Of a stretch of DNA of 64,000 nucleotides, positions 1-14,726 are shown one piece after another; position 1 is the stretch's first letter, and each line of letters opens with the position of its first letter. The notes below the pieces were generated by a model that made no database searches, was not told the origin of the DNA, and worked only from the letters and a program-made list of their open reading frames with translations. Origin of the DNA: Chrysomallon squamiferum (taxonomy: Eukaryota > Animalia > Mollusca); NCBI GenBank assembly GCA_012295275.1, contig CM022667.1, forward strand, positions 13,268,001 to 13,332,000. Reading direction: 5' to 3'. The position numbers were made by a program, and so were the translations under genes.

Positions 1-465
1 GCTGTTGTAAATATTTTTTGAGAGCTAGAAAACTATTGTTATGCTGATGTCGTAGTCGAGGCTATTGTCAGCTGTAACTGTGACAAAAACAGAAATCTAA
101 AAAAGATTTATGTGTTTACGTCGCTCTACAGCTGTAGATCGTAAATAGTAAAATTAACATCAAAACCAAACAACAAACACCACCACCACAACTTGTTCAT
201 TTCGTTGTCGTTGAAACACATCTAGAATAATTAAGGATATTATGGCGATATATGATGATGATGATGATGATGGTGATAAATGTTAAAGATGATTTTTGAA
301 GAGCTCGAAATGATTATAAATTCGAACTATTAACATTTTTGAACATATATTATGAAATTTCTTCGTTAAAATACTCAGCCACGTATTAATAAATTAAATA
401 AATTAATCATTAAAGTAAAATACAAATCTAAAATTACATAAATCTAAAAGAAAGGAGAGATAGAG

Positions 466-499
<34 letters not shown>

Positions 500-1376
500 A
501 TAATAAAAAAAAAAAAAAAATGCTAATAGATACATCATAATACTCGTACAACTATTGTGTTTCAGAACAACACGTACTGGAAACCGCATCCAGTTTTATA
601 ATCACCGAGTAGGAACATTCAGTGTGTTTTTGTACGCCGTATACTATAAACAAACGTGCGAACTCGTTCTCGTGCTCTGAATATATATCATTTCCCTTCT
701 TCTTCTTCTTCTTTTTATTTTTTTTACCCCGCTAAACATTAGCATGCACTAAACATCGCTTCACCTCGGCTAAGTACACGCTTGTTATTTTTACCTTTGA
801 AAAAAAAAAAAAAAAAAAAAGAAAGAAAACGTTACAAGCTTTTCGTTCAAGCAAAGGGCTTTTGGCGTGTTTTGGCATCACCTTGTTAAGTCATTCAAAG
901 AGGTTTGTATTTTGTTTTGGAACATTAGGACGGTTAAAACGAACGTTTTTCTTTCTTTTTTTTTTTTTTTTTTTTTTTTTCGTTTGCTGCGGAACTGTTA
1001 AAATTTTAAAACAGTATTATTTATTATTTTAAATTATTATTCTTTCTTTCTTTCTTTTTTTAATCGTACATTTTTCTTTTTTTTCTCTGCTCTTCTTCTT
1101 TTTCTTTGACCGTTGCGGTTACGTTAGTAAGCGGAGTTGTCTTTGTTGAAATTCCTCCTTTGTGAAAGAGAGCCCCTTGTGTCAACTCGAAAGGTACACA
1201 CGACTGTCAGATTGAACACAATTAGCCAACCCTACCAGCTGTCCAAAAATAATAGTAAAGAAAGAAAGAAAGAGAAGAATGAGGGTAAATGAATAATAAT
1301 TAAAAAATAAAGCAAAAACAAGATGTAAATTATAAAGAAACAAAGTATAGTGAAAATAATAATGATAATAATAATG

Positions 1377-1425
<49 letters not shown>

Positions 1426-2595
1426 TAATAATAATAATATAAATAGCATAATTTAAAAATCAACTAATATATGCAAAATTAAAATTTAGTAAAAAAAAAA
1501 CTATCCTTTCCTAAATAAATAAAAAATAAATAAAAAAAATAAATAAATAAAAAGTAAATAAATAAATAAATAAATAAACAAACAGAACAAAAATCATTTC
1601 ACCAATGATATTTCTTTTTAAAAAATAGAAAGAAAGAAATTCTAATTCAAGAAACAAAGTAACAAACAAAAAGTAAAGAAAAACACCAAACACGATACGA
1701 ACAAGCAAAAAAAAAAAAAAAAAAAAAAAAAGACAGAAACGAAAGAATGACGCACTAATTACCTACATTACTAAATACCTACCTGTCTGCAATTGCTCAA
1801 CTGAATACGCAACATTCTCAACATTTCGTGCGTTTGTTCAAAACTGCAGCCTGATCGATATTTTTAATTATCTTCCAAACACGGAAGTCATTTGCAAATG
1901 AATATTTGAAAGTACATGTAATAATCGGAGCCGCAGTTTCGTAACAAAATACGTGAATAGCGTAAATAGGTAAATCAAGTTTGTAAAATACTGTCATTAT
2001 CTGATCCGTAGTTTCATATCAAAACGGTCGTTACAGTATATACACACCTTATTAATCAGAGTTGAGTGTGCGTAGGTTTATAACCGCAGTTTCGTAATAC
2101 GATATGTTGAATGCATGTAATTTATTATTCTTTGTCACGATTATCATTATTACGTATTATAATACGTGTTTGATAAGTAACGGTCAATATGTTTAGATAA
2201 TGTTCATTCAGATAATACTCAAAAATATATGCATGTATATGTATGTATGTATGTCTATATGTACGTACAACTGTCAGCCTATCTAATCCTTCCAGCCCTC
2301 TGTGATGTAAGTTTATCTTTTCTACATACATAGGTAGGCAACTTGGTAGATCTTGTTTCGGTTTTTGTTTTTCATCAGAAAACATTCCGCTCGTGTTTTG
2401 TTCTATTCGGCTATTCAACCACCCACACCTTTTACTACCTGTGCAGGTGTTGTTAATCTGTATTCCGAAATAAAACTGAATTTGCAAATTAAAGACATAT
2501 AACCTGTCGATCTGCAGTCTCCACTACGCAGTCACGTTAATTAATAGTCTCGTATAGTTGTTCAAATATAGTCCTCGAGATAACAAGTTAGTGTC

Positions 2596-2690
<95 letters not shown>

Positions 2691-2867
2691 TTCTCTTTCT
2701 TTCTCTACCCCTTCGTCTCTATATCTTTCTCTTTCATATGTAATAATACACACACACACGCCCACTTAATCATGGACACCGCTGAGAAACATGTAAAGAA
2801 AAGGTCTTGTATCGTTAGCGAGATATCTCAATGTGTTTTGTGTTTTCCTGCATTCCTCAGAGAAAAG

Positions 2868-2899
<32 letters not shown>

Positions 2900-3064
2900 A
2901 AGAAATAAGAACTAGTCTATTCCGAATCAGAACTTAATGCCACACCACGATTCAGGATCTATGGTGTTGTTGATGATGCTGTTGTTGTGTTTTATCGTTC
3001 TTCTCCTCCTTGTTTCTAAATTTATCACAGTCGTTTATAAGAACATTATATTTTTCCGTCATAA

Positions 3065-3095
<31 letters not shown>

Positions 3096-3269
3096 AAAAA
3101 AAAAAGTTAATAAATAAATGTATAGCAAAACAAACAAACACTGTCTTGGATACCGAATTTATTATTATTGGTTATGTCCTTTTGATTAATTTTTGTCGTC
3201 GTCGTCATCATCAATATCGTATTCGTCTTCTTAGTTTTCTTCTTATTGTTTTACTTTCTCGGGAATTAT

Positions 3270-3394
3270 TTCAGTATTTCTCCTAGTTCTATATTTCAAT
3301 ACTTCTCCTAGTTCAATATTTCAATATTTCCCCTAGTTCTATATTTCAATATTTCCCCATGTTCTATATATCAGTACTTCTCCTTGTTCTATAT
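3270..3394. repeat. 25-bp minisatellite, 5 copies
   Basis: Consensus TTCARTAYTTCYCCTAGTTCTATAT in tandem. Confidence 0.9.
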
Positions 3395-3772
3395 ATCTAT
3401 ATACACTGCATTAGTAATGACACTGCAGTTTATAATCACCTGAAGATTCCGACCCGCCCCCTTAACCGCAATCAGATAAGCAATCCGGTTTTTAGGTGCA
3501 CCTCTTGACCCGAGACTGCCGTCTCTGATCCAGAGTGACCCGCCACCATTACTAAAGAAGTGTTTATACCCCCCTAATGACGCATAGCGCTTACAAGCCG
3601 ATCTGATTCAAACTGTTAATAAAAGTAGTTTGTGTCGAACGTTAATATAGGGAAAATATGCGGTTTTATTTATGTGTGTTTGAGATCCGAGTTTTTATAT
3701 CGTAATAAATGTGTATGTAGTGCGATAATTTATAGCTGTATTCAGTGAGAACAAGAGGGAGTGTGAGAGAAA

Positions 3773-3835
<63 letters not shown>

Positions 3836-4376
3836 ATTATGGTTATAGTATTATTGCTAGACCTAATATGCCATTCTTAATTGTTTATTTGACTCTTCTT
3901 TCTTCTCTCTCTTTGGCATCTCTGTCTTTGGTATTTCTCTGATAAACACACACACACACACACACATATACATATACACACATCTCTGATAAAACACACA
4001 CACACACATACACATATACACACAAACGTATATATGAATGAAATACACCAGAAATATATTTATTCTGAAAAAAAGGATGAAAAAACACAACAAAAAAACC
4101 CCGTTGCATACCGGAAAATTAATATTTATTTAGACGCCTTTTGAGATGAGATAAAATATATCATTTACCTTCAGTAACAAAAAAATGGATAATGAAAAAT
4201 GCATTTGGTAATAATTCTCTTTACATTTGAGGTATCGTGTTACCAATTTACATGAAGCTGAGTTTTCTTCAAAACTATACACGACAGTTTTTTGCTACTG
4301 TTATTCTGTTGGCAGTTATGTATATATGTATGTATATATACATAGATAGATACCTATATATATATATATATATATG

Positions 4377-4424
<48 letters not shown>

Positions 4425-4849
4425 TATTTGATAATGTTGTGGTTGTCGCTCTACGGTGTATGTAATCTAGAACAGAAAGGTCTATAGGCGTGTGATTTAG
4501 TAACAGGCGCCTCATTTGGTGGGCGGAGGAGCCGTCGTCGAAGGCGTAGCGCGTTGCCTACACGTACACGAAGACTACGACGACGACGACGACGGCTTAG
4601 TGTTATTTTGAAACGGCGACTCTCGTTCGCGGTCTCTGTGCTGTTGGGAGTCGACGCGGCGTGTTTGCTTTGCAGTCGCGTACAGCGGTCCAGGCTCCTC
4701 TGTCCCATCCGTGACAGTTAATCTTTTAACCCGGCTCTTTCCGAGTGCTTGCGTTTCATTTCCAGTGCTGAGGTAAATTCTTATTTACCTTTAGTTTTTT
4801 TTACCTGTGGGAAGGGAAAAGGGAGAGGAAAGAAGGATAGCGAGAGTGA

Positions 4850-4931
<82 letters not shown>

Positions 4932-6630
4932 AACAAAAGGAAATAAATGAAATAAATAATTAAAAACGTGAAAAGCTAGAAAGAAATGAAAAACATATAA
5001 CAAAAAAAAAAAAAAAACATAAGAGTTATATAAAATGACAATAAATTAATTTTAAAAAATGTAAAAAATAAGAAAATACTAGAGGTAAATAATACGAATT
5101 GAAAATATCTAAAAAAAACTCGTCTCTGTAATGTTAACGTAAGTGACGTTTAAATTAAATTTTATTTAAATGTGTCACGAACTGAAAAGTTTCCAAAAAC
5201 TGAAGTACAGATAAAAAGGAAGAATGAAAAGAGGTAACTGAGTGAAGAATGAATGAATGAAGATGATGATAACAAAGGGTTGTTGTTGTAGAAGTAGAAG
5301 TCAGTAACTGCAAACCACAGTAATCGCAATGGTAATAACAGCAGTAACAACAACAGTTCTAGTACTAGCAGTTGCTGTTCTTGTTGTCGTTGTTACTGTA
5401 ATGACATTACAAATTAAAAACATTAAATAAAAAATAATAAATTAAAAAAAATGAAAGAACCCCAAAACCGCAAGAATAACAATATTAAAATTTCAGCAAA
5501 AGAAAAGAACTATTACATAATAAAAGCGAACACCCACCCCTACCCTGATTACACTTTGGAACCGGCCCTGGTTTTGTAAAGTAGGTAACTGCGCCGCTAT
5601 TGGTTGTGTTTTTCGTTCAGTAATGAACAAACAAATATATCGATTGGCCCAGTAACGCCGTGCACTAACGGTAAACCTGATGCACCTTTAGTTGTGTTTA
5701 TAATCGCTAAGTCGTTCAGTGTAAACCGTGGTGTTTACTATGAACCAGGTTTCAATGTTACAAGCAACAGATATGTGTCTGCACAGAGAGAGAGTTATAA
5801 AGTGTGTTATTTGATTTACTGGTTCTCGCTTGCTCTCTCAGCAGTCAGCGTGATTTATATGCATTGTGTTCGTATGCATGTGTGTTTATGCACATAAAAC
5901 AAACGTACAAACATGCATGCATACAAACATACATACATTACATACGTACGTATACTACAAACATACATACGTACATACAAACATACATACATGCATGTAA
6001 ACAGTTTTATATGTTGTATGAGTGTTTGTTCACTTGTATGGCATGTATCATATTCAGTATATATTTCTTTCGTGTCTTTTGTCTTTTTCGCCTTTACCTT
6101 TCCTTTCTTACCCCAACCTTTTTTTTTTTTTTTTTTAACTTTTTTTTTTTTTTTTTTTAAATTAGTATAGAAGAGAGAAGGGTTCGTTTGTTTAATTTGT
6201 TCGTTTTTGTTCCGTAGACGTTTTCTTTCTTAATTTTCCTCTTGCTTTCAAAAACTCAATTCCGTTTCATAAGATCACCGTAAGATGCAGTGTTGTAGTT
6301 TTTGTTTCGTTCACAAATTATTTCTTGTGTTTGAAAGCGATTCCATCTTGAGTGTTGCGTGTTGAAACGGGCGCACGAAATGTTTTTCCGTATTATTTGT
6401 AAGATCAAACAAATTACGTGGTGATATATTGAGTGGTTTGCTTTCATAACAGCTATTATTGTTGTCGTTCCTGTTAGCTGGACAAAAAACACTATTGAAA
6501 CTATTTTAGCTTACGTTATCCAAATTATAGGTATCGAATATTTTGGTGTTTGTTGTGTGCGTTGAGTTTTGTTTGTTTATGTATAATGATCACTGTGTGT
6601 GTGTGTGTGCATTTGTATGTGCTGGAGTGA

Positions 6631-6764
<134 letters not shown>

Positions 6765-8121
6765 GGTTTAAAAAGACATCTGTAAAATAAACAGTGAAGA
6801 AAGAAAAAGCATAAAAAAAACCCAGACAGTTTTCAAAGCAGAAAAGCAGAACACAGTTATTTCAGTTCACTGTTTGTTTAACCATTCTAAATCCAGTTTT
6901 TCCTTTTCTTTTATTTTTTTTTTTTTTTTTTTTCTTTCTTTCTTTACCACCGACCGACTGTAAATGGTATAAACTGGTCATCGCAGTGTCCATGTGGTTT
7001 AACAGTTAACCACAAAAACTTCAGTCCACGCTTGGTCGCGTTTACAAGCCGAGGGCAGAACGAAGCCTTAAAGGATTACCAGCGCGGCCATGCTTTGGCA
7101 CCGGACACCGGACAATAGCCTCAGCTTTGTTCCTTTTCACACTGTCCACTTTGCCCCCAGGCCTTTTCGTGTCGTGCTTTATCACACTGGACAAAGGCTA
7201 CTTCTTGGTTGTCTTACAAATTTGCCTCCTCGCATCCATTGTCCGCTGTTGTGGTCGTTTGTAAGCCATTGTTCTCGATACCCGTATCTTCTTTCACCCT
7301 CCACGACAAACACAAAAGGGTGGATACGGTCGGGTAACGTCAACGTCATTCACAGGGGAAAAACGTAAATAGTTCGGAACGAAGCGACATTTTATTTTTT
7401 GTTTTTTTTTCTTTCTTGGGGAGGGGTTGGGGTCGGGATGGGTGGGTGGGGAGCGTGGAGAGAGGTGAAGAGGTTGTAAGTGCGAATGAAATGACGTGTC
7501 TTGTGCCAGTGTTCGTTTGAAATATCTGCGTGTTATTAGTGACTTTGTTGCTGTCGCAATAATGGTACTAATTGCTGGTTTTGTAATAGGTGTGGTTTCG
7601 GCTATATTTTTTGTTATCAAAATTACTCCTTGACGACGACAACAACACTTATGATTACTACTTTTGCTACTGCTACTACTACTGCTACTACTTGCAGTAT
7701 GAACAACTACATCACTGATTATTTATTTATCATCAATCGCAGCCATCCGAAAAACAAAAGTAAAATAAAATAAAATATAACGAAACGATACGAAAAAAAC
7801 AAAACGAAATGAAATAATAGAGAAACTCAAAAATCGTCGTTAGTATTTTAGCAGACACGATCCCCTGTTTTACGTGTGTAGATGTTTGTTTTACACAGTC
7901 AGCACGTAATTCAAAGTCAGTCCACTTTTAAACCACTGTTCCATGCTCAAACCACGGTTAGCTCTAACTATTTGACTTTTCAAACAAAATCAGAGGTCAC
8001 ATGAACATATTTAATGATGACGTCACTGTCATAGAGTATCATTATCATTAATAATTAATTAATTTTATTACTAATTAAAGCGTGAAATATAAAAATAATT
8101 AATTAGATAAGAAGGGAAATA

Positions 8122-8209
<88 letters not shown>

Positions 8210-8976
8210 CGCTCCATCGATCTCACTTCATTCATATATTTGTGAAACAGACCAAAAAAGTAAAAAATATAATAATGTTGTAGTTGTAGTAGCAATGCTG
8301 TATTTGTAATAATAGCAGTAATAGTAGGAACAACAAGTTATAAAGAGTGAAGTAATAGTATACAAGTTGTAATAATAGTAGTGGTTGTGTGATTGTTTGT
8401 TGTTGTTGTTGTTGTAAAAAAAAGAAAGGAAAGTGATCCCAATACCGGCAGTAATGTATCACGCCTCTAAGAAAACGCTGAACCCTTTGTAACAGTTGTT
8501 TACCTCCCCCCTACCCCCACTAACCCAGTTCAGGTCGGCTGGAATACCTGATAATACCACAAAGACTGCTCCGAGCCGACCTAATCCTAAATATTTTCTG
8601 TGTATTTTTACTTGAATTATTCCAAAACGACGTGGTGCGCGCACCGAGTGACGTCTTTCTCTTTTTGTTTGTAATGCCGTCGTGTCAGTTGTTCACGACG
8701 TCCCGCTGCTGGTAAGCAGAGGAACGATGTTGTATGGGCAGAGTGTGCATGCTGGGAGTGGGAATCTTGCGGCGAATACATGATTTTTCAAATGTCGTGT
8801 TTGTTAAGACTTCTGCTTATCTGTATTATATTATATAATTATATTATTTATTATTTTATTATATTATTTATTATTTTATCATTATTTTATTTTATTTGGA
8901 TATTTGTTGTTGAGGGAGACGTCGTTTTTCTAAAATATATATATCTTTTTTTCGATTTTCTTTTGTTCGTCATATT

Positions 8977-9019
<43 letters not shown>

Positions 9020-9033
9020 TCTCATCCAATTTA

Positions 9034-9078
<45 letters not shown>

Positions 9079-9488
9079 TCATATGGATATTACTACTTGT
9101 ACTGCTACTACTACTATACTACTACTACTGCTACTACTACTATTACTACTACTACTACTACGACTACTACTAGTATACACACATACCAGCATACATATAT
9201 TTATGGATTGGCTTTACCTAGGTCGCAATCATCTCTCACAGCTTCATTTTATAACATATTTGGTCTGTGTATCTGTGCTAAAGAAGACGTTTTATGCTAC
9301 GTACGACTTTAGTTGACAAAAGTTATTGAGACGATGATAACGACACACTATTCACAATTGTTGTAGGTGTTGATTTGAAATTCAAGAGGAAAGGGACCTG
9401 TAGGTCAAGCGTGGAGTGTTGTACGTAGACAGTTGGTCGCAGAATCAGTTTTGTAGTCGTGAAAATGAATAAAAGTAACTGGAGCAGT

Positions 9489-9584
<96 letters not shown>

Positions 9585-9652
9585 GTGTAATAATCATAGT
9601 AAACAAAAAGGAAACCTAAAAACAACAATGACGTAAATAAATTAATTAATAA

Positions 9653-9690
<38 letters not shown>

Positions 9691-10345
9691 TAATTAATTA
9701 ATTAAAAGTAAAAATTAAAGAAAAAAAAAAAAAAAAAAACCCTAAAAATTAAAAATAATAATAATAATAAAAAATAAAATAAAATAAACAAGTTAAAATT
9801 GTGTTTTACACCTAATAACGATTGATATTAAACAGCGTTGAGGTCTAGTTAAACAGTCGTTCTCTCGTTTGGCAAGATGGCGGAACGCTCGGCTAATTGG
9901 TTACCTGTGTTTGCTCTGCCTGATGGGACTGACAGAAATGGTCAACATCTCGTAGTGAGTGGTCAAATTTTAAGCGGCGTCTTATTTAACTAGGACCCGT
10001 CGCACATTGGCGCCAAAACACGAGATCACGCCATCTGCCGGCCTTGCACGCTCCCGGGTCACGCGCTTTGTACAAGACCTTCGACCGAAGACGTCGTTTA
10101 CCGAGACTTGTTTGTCGTTGGTGTTGTTTTCGCCGCAGACCGATTACGTAGTCGATCGGCGTCGGTCTCCTATAATTACTCGTTCGTTCGTTCATCCAAA
10201 CTTTCATCCAAATGATATTTTGTTTCCATCCATCCTTCAGTTTCAGTCTGTCAACTGTTTCCCCAGTTAAAGATACGCCGTGGTCTAGTATTACATAGAC
10301 CTGTTCGTCCATCTATCCGTGTCTCTGCGTCTGACGTATCTAAAT

Positions 10346-10426
<81 letters not shown>

Positions 10427-11601
10427 GTGTGTGTCTCTCTTTGACCCCTTTTTAAAATTAATTTCAATAATAGTAATACTACTACTACTACTACTACTAC
10501 TACTAATAATAATAACTGAACTGTTACCAGCTAGGTTTCGCTAGTGTCTGGACTTATTATTTAACACTTCTTTACTTAGTTGAAGGATCCTTTACACTTT
10601 ACAAGGACACCTATTTAGTTTGTTTTATTTATATCACAAAACCACTGAGGCGTCCTGTAGTGGAAATGGCAAAAAAAAATAAACTTTTTATTAAATGTTT
10701 AAATGATATGATCAGTCAAACCTTGGCAGTTCATTCATTCGTGCCAATGTTCGTTTGAAATATCTGCTTGTTATTATTATTCAGTGTTGTAGGCATTCTT
10801 TGATTCGGATTTTTTACTTTCTATTAAGCTATTTTTTAAACAGAGGGCACCCTGAAAAGTTCATCTAGTAAACCTGACCAAAACCACGATCAGGAGCAAC
10901 AAAGTAAAAAAAAAAAAAAAAAAAGAATCAACAAGAAAAAGAAAAAAAAGTCAAATATTTTTTCAAAGATTTCGCTTTTTGTTTACTAAGAAGCCAAAGC
11001 TCCACAAATGACCATCTTTCAGTTCGGCGTCGTTCGGCTGTTTCCGGAGATTGACGTGGGACTAAAATCTGATCTCTCGCAACACTTCTGTTTTTGTTTT
11101 CGTTTTCCCCCCACCGCCATCAGCCTCCTCTTCATTCCTGTGCAACGTAATCCGGGCACGACTAATTACGTCTCGCTGTAAACCTGTCTTCTAGTTATGT
11201 GGGCCCGAAGCCAAAGAACGGTTCACGGATTAACTATCCTCCCTCAAATCGACTGTTTCTCTCTCGAAGTATTCTCATTGATAACGTTCCTCGCATTCCA
11301 CAAAGCATTGCGACTTTTCTCCCTTTCTTTTCTTTGCCCGTCTCATTCTCTGTATTTTCTGCTCTGAACTCTGTGCACGCTTTCCCTTTCGGCTTCTTTT
11401 TTTTTTTTTTTTTATTGCCTTAAGGATTTGGAAGCCATCTCCCACGCAAATAATATGCGACCGATTTCAGATGCTAGACTGAACCTTCTTTGATGTTCCG
11501 CTGACGGATTCTTTGTTGTGTCATCAAAATTCGCGTTTTATGCCTTCCCCAGACAAGTCTGTGTGAAGACCTCTGTTATGAGATTCCTGTAAGCGTTCCG
11601 G

Positions 11602-11649
<48 letters not shown>

Positions 11650-11789
11650 TCGGCAACTCAAACAACATTTTGTTTGACGGAACATTCGTCGCAGGTGCCA
11701 AAAGGAGCGAGAGGGCATTAAACAGAAACCAAAACCGAAATACGGAAAAGTCAAGCAAAGGAATATTTCTTCCTTAACTCAGTTCATTC

Positions 11790-11821
<32 letters not shown>

Positions 11822-12341
11822 TTACAGTTTTTATTAATCGGAACGGTTGTTTAAATAAACAGCTGTTTCATATTTCCAAATTGCTTTTCTCTTTTTTTTT
11901 TTCTCTTTTTATTTCTTTTCTAATTTTGTTCCTCGATGTGTGTTTACGTCTTTTATCTTCTTGTTCATGTTTTCTGCTTGTTCTTGCTCTTATTTGTTTT
12001 TTACTTCTTTTTTTCTCTCTCTATTTTTCATCAGTGGTTTCATCATTTGAATTAACAGCAGTTCTTTAAATTTTCTGTTTTAAATTAGAAGGAAAACCTC
12101 TCACACATCATCTCCTTTTCAGAAATCAAATTTATTTTAATCAATGCATTCGATAAGCGAGAAATGTAAAATAATATTTCATGAACATTTGTGTGACTGT
12201 GTTTCCGTTTGATCAGAATGTTCAGTGTCTAAACATGAAATAATGAAATGTTTTATCGCAGTTACATATCTAAGTAAAGCTTCACGCAGTTTCAATACAA
12301 AGTGGTACATACATAGATATATACATACATACATATATACA

Positions 12342-12372
<31 letters not shown>

Positions 12373-12844
12373 CATACACACATACATACACACATACATA
12401 CACACATAAATACATACATACATCCGTAAAGACTTATATATAGATGAAGATACACAGTTAAAAATAATTTTAAAAATGCATATTTACAACGCACTACATA
12501 CACAATACTAGGACCACATAATAGATGCGTTGTACTTGCATTACAAAGGATATGTTCTGGGTGATAAAACAGAGTGTACAGGATTTCAAAATAACATTAT
12601 TATGACCTAATTTTTTGAGGAAGTCGGGTGAGAGAATCCTCCTTTATAACTGTGCGCTGTTTCAGATAAAATTTCATGGATCTTAAAGAAAAAAACACAC
12701 AAACATATCGAGCGAAAATGCATATTTTAGTGATACGATCTCTAAATGACAGTATATGTGTGTATATTTATGAGGATGTAGAGCATTCGGACAATGTGAA
12801 GGCTGTTGACTTAGTTGTAGACGTTGTTTGCAGTATATACAATA

Positions 12845-12919
<75 letters not shown>

Positions 12920-14607
12920 ATGTATATATATATTGTTCTGTCTGTATTTAATCTATTCATTTCTTTTTTCTTTGTCATTTTGCTTAATGTAATTATTATT
13001 TTCTTTTTATTACTTGATAAAATAAATTGTTTTGTGAATAGATAAAATTTATATCAACAAATATAACATTATCTTTTTTGCATTTGACAACACAATTTAT
13101 TTTTTTCAAATGTTTTGCCCCACCCCTTACTTGAGTTATCATAATTAATTAGATGTGTTGATCTAAAAACTATAATTATGCAACAAAACATCGCAGAAAT
13201 GTTGGATATATACAAACTCTTCAAAATAAATTGTCCACGATGCCATTATTTAGAAGACAGAATAAACATTTAAAATATGCCGTGACCGTATGTAAATCCA
13301 TTTTTTTTAAAACGAAATCCACGTGAGTTAATTTAGCCAGACTATTTTCACATTCAGAATGTGCATTGTTTATATAAATTGCCAAATTGTTTTTAAGGAA
13401 ATTGGGATTTTTTTTTTTTTTTTTCTCAGACATATTTGTTTGCCGTCAATTTGCATAAATACCTGAAACTGATATAAAGTTGAACAGGTCCATGCAATTT
13501 TACGGGCCCTTCGTTTGTTTTTTTTGTTTATTTAATTATTTCAGGCTAATTTTTCACAGGTTTTTTTTTTTTTATTTTTTTTTTTTTTTCCACCATTCCG
13601 AGTCAAAATTAGAAAAAAAATAATGGAATAGAACCCAAGCTATAATTTAGAATACTTTTTATGAAGTGGCACAGTTTTCGAAGAATCTGACCGAAATAAT
13701 CAAAGGTCGGAACTCCGCAGAGCGTGTCAGAATGATCTGTGACAGAAACTAGCGTGCTGCTTTATTTATTCCTTCCCTATAAATTACGTAATATTTAAGA
13801 CATATTTAAAAAAAAAAACACACCAAAACCCCCATCATTTTATTAACATTATTAATTTTTAAAAAATTTTGGAACATTCAAGTGTTTTGAAAGTCGTGGA
13901 ATAATACCTGCAGTTTATTATGATAATGTCCAGAATTTCGTTTTACTATCTTTTTTTTCCTTTTTTTTATTTTATTTTTTTTATTTTTTTCAAGAATATC
14001 AATCTAGAGACTATTTAATTATTTAATTAGGGTGTAATGTAAACAGTAATAGATACACGTATAAACACAAAACTTCCGTCTCCCCTCCCTGTGAAAACGC
14101 GAAACAATAGACCATTAACAATTTGTCTGATACGGGATCCTAGATCTTGTTAAAAACCTGAGAACATTCGTTAATCTGTTAACTTGTTTATCTGTTCATT
14201 TGTCGACGTATTTAATTATTTTATTGTAATTCAGCTCGTATCGTCTTACTTTAGTTTATAGCGGTACTTCAGACTTCTTAGTTTCATACGTTGTTGTTTT
14301 TTTAAATATTTTTTTTATATTTATATATTTTTTACATTATTAGCTTGTTGCACTGATTACATATCAGAAAAATATTTTTTATTGCGGTTCTCACAGAAGT
14401 GTTCCTCTCTCTGTTTCTTTCTTTAGCTCTCTGTCTGTTATTCAGTGTATATCTTTCTTTCTCATTACCTGTTTGTCACTCTCCATCCCTCTTTCTCTCT
14501 CTATCTTATTTACACTCTTTTTTCCCCAGTTTTTTCTTTTTCTTTTTCTCATTCTCTCTTTCTGTCTCTCCATCTTGTTCCTACCTTAGCTCTCTTAATT
14601 TCCCCCT

Positions 14608-14726
<119 letters not shown>

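Noticed and set aside
201-219. TTCGTTGTCGTTGAAAC resembling miR-981/miR-76
   Set aside because: Partial match in low-complexity context, with no complementary arm.
7090-7368. 92-aa ATG ORF MLWHRTPDN... as candidate P450 exon 1
   Set aside because: No PGP/Pro-rich motif or helix-A resemblance, and not presequence-like.
10007-10270. 87-aa + strand ORF and overlapping 108-aa minus ORF in a GC-rich island
   Set aside because: No recognisable homology; ORFs of this length are expected in GC-rich patches.
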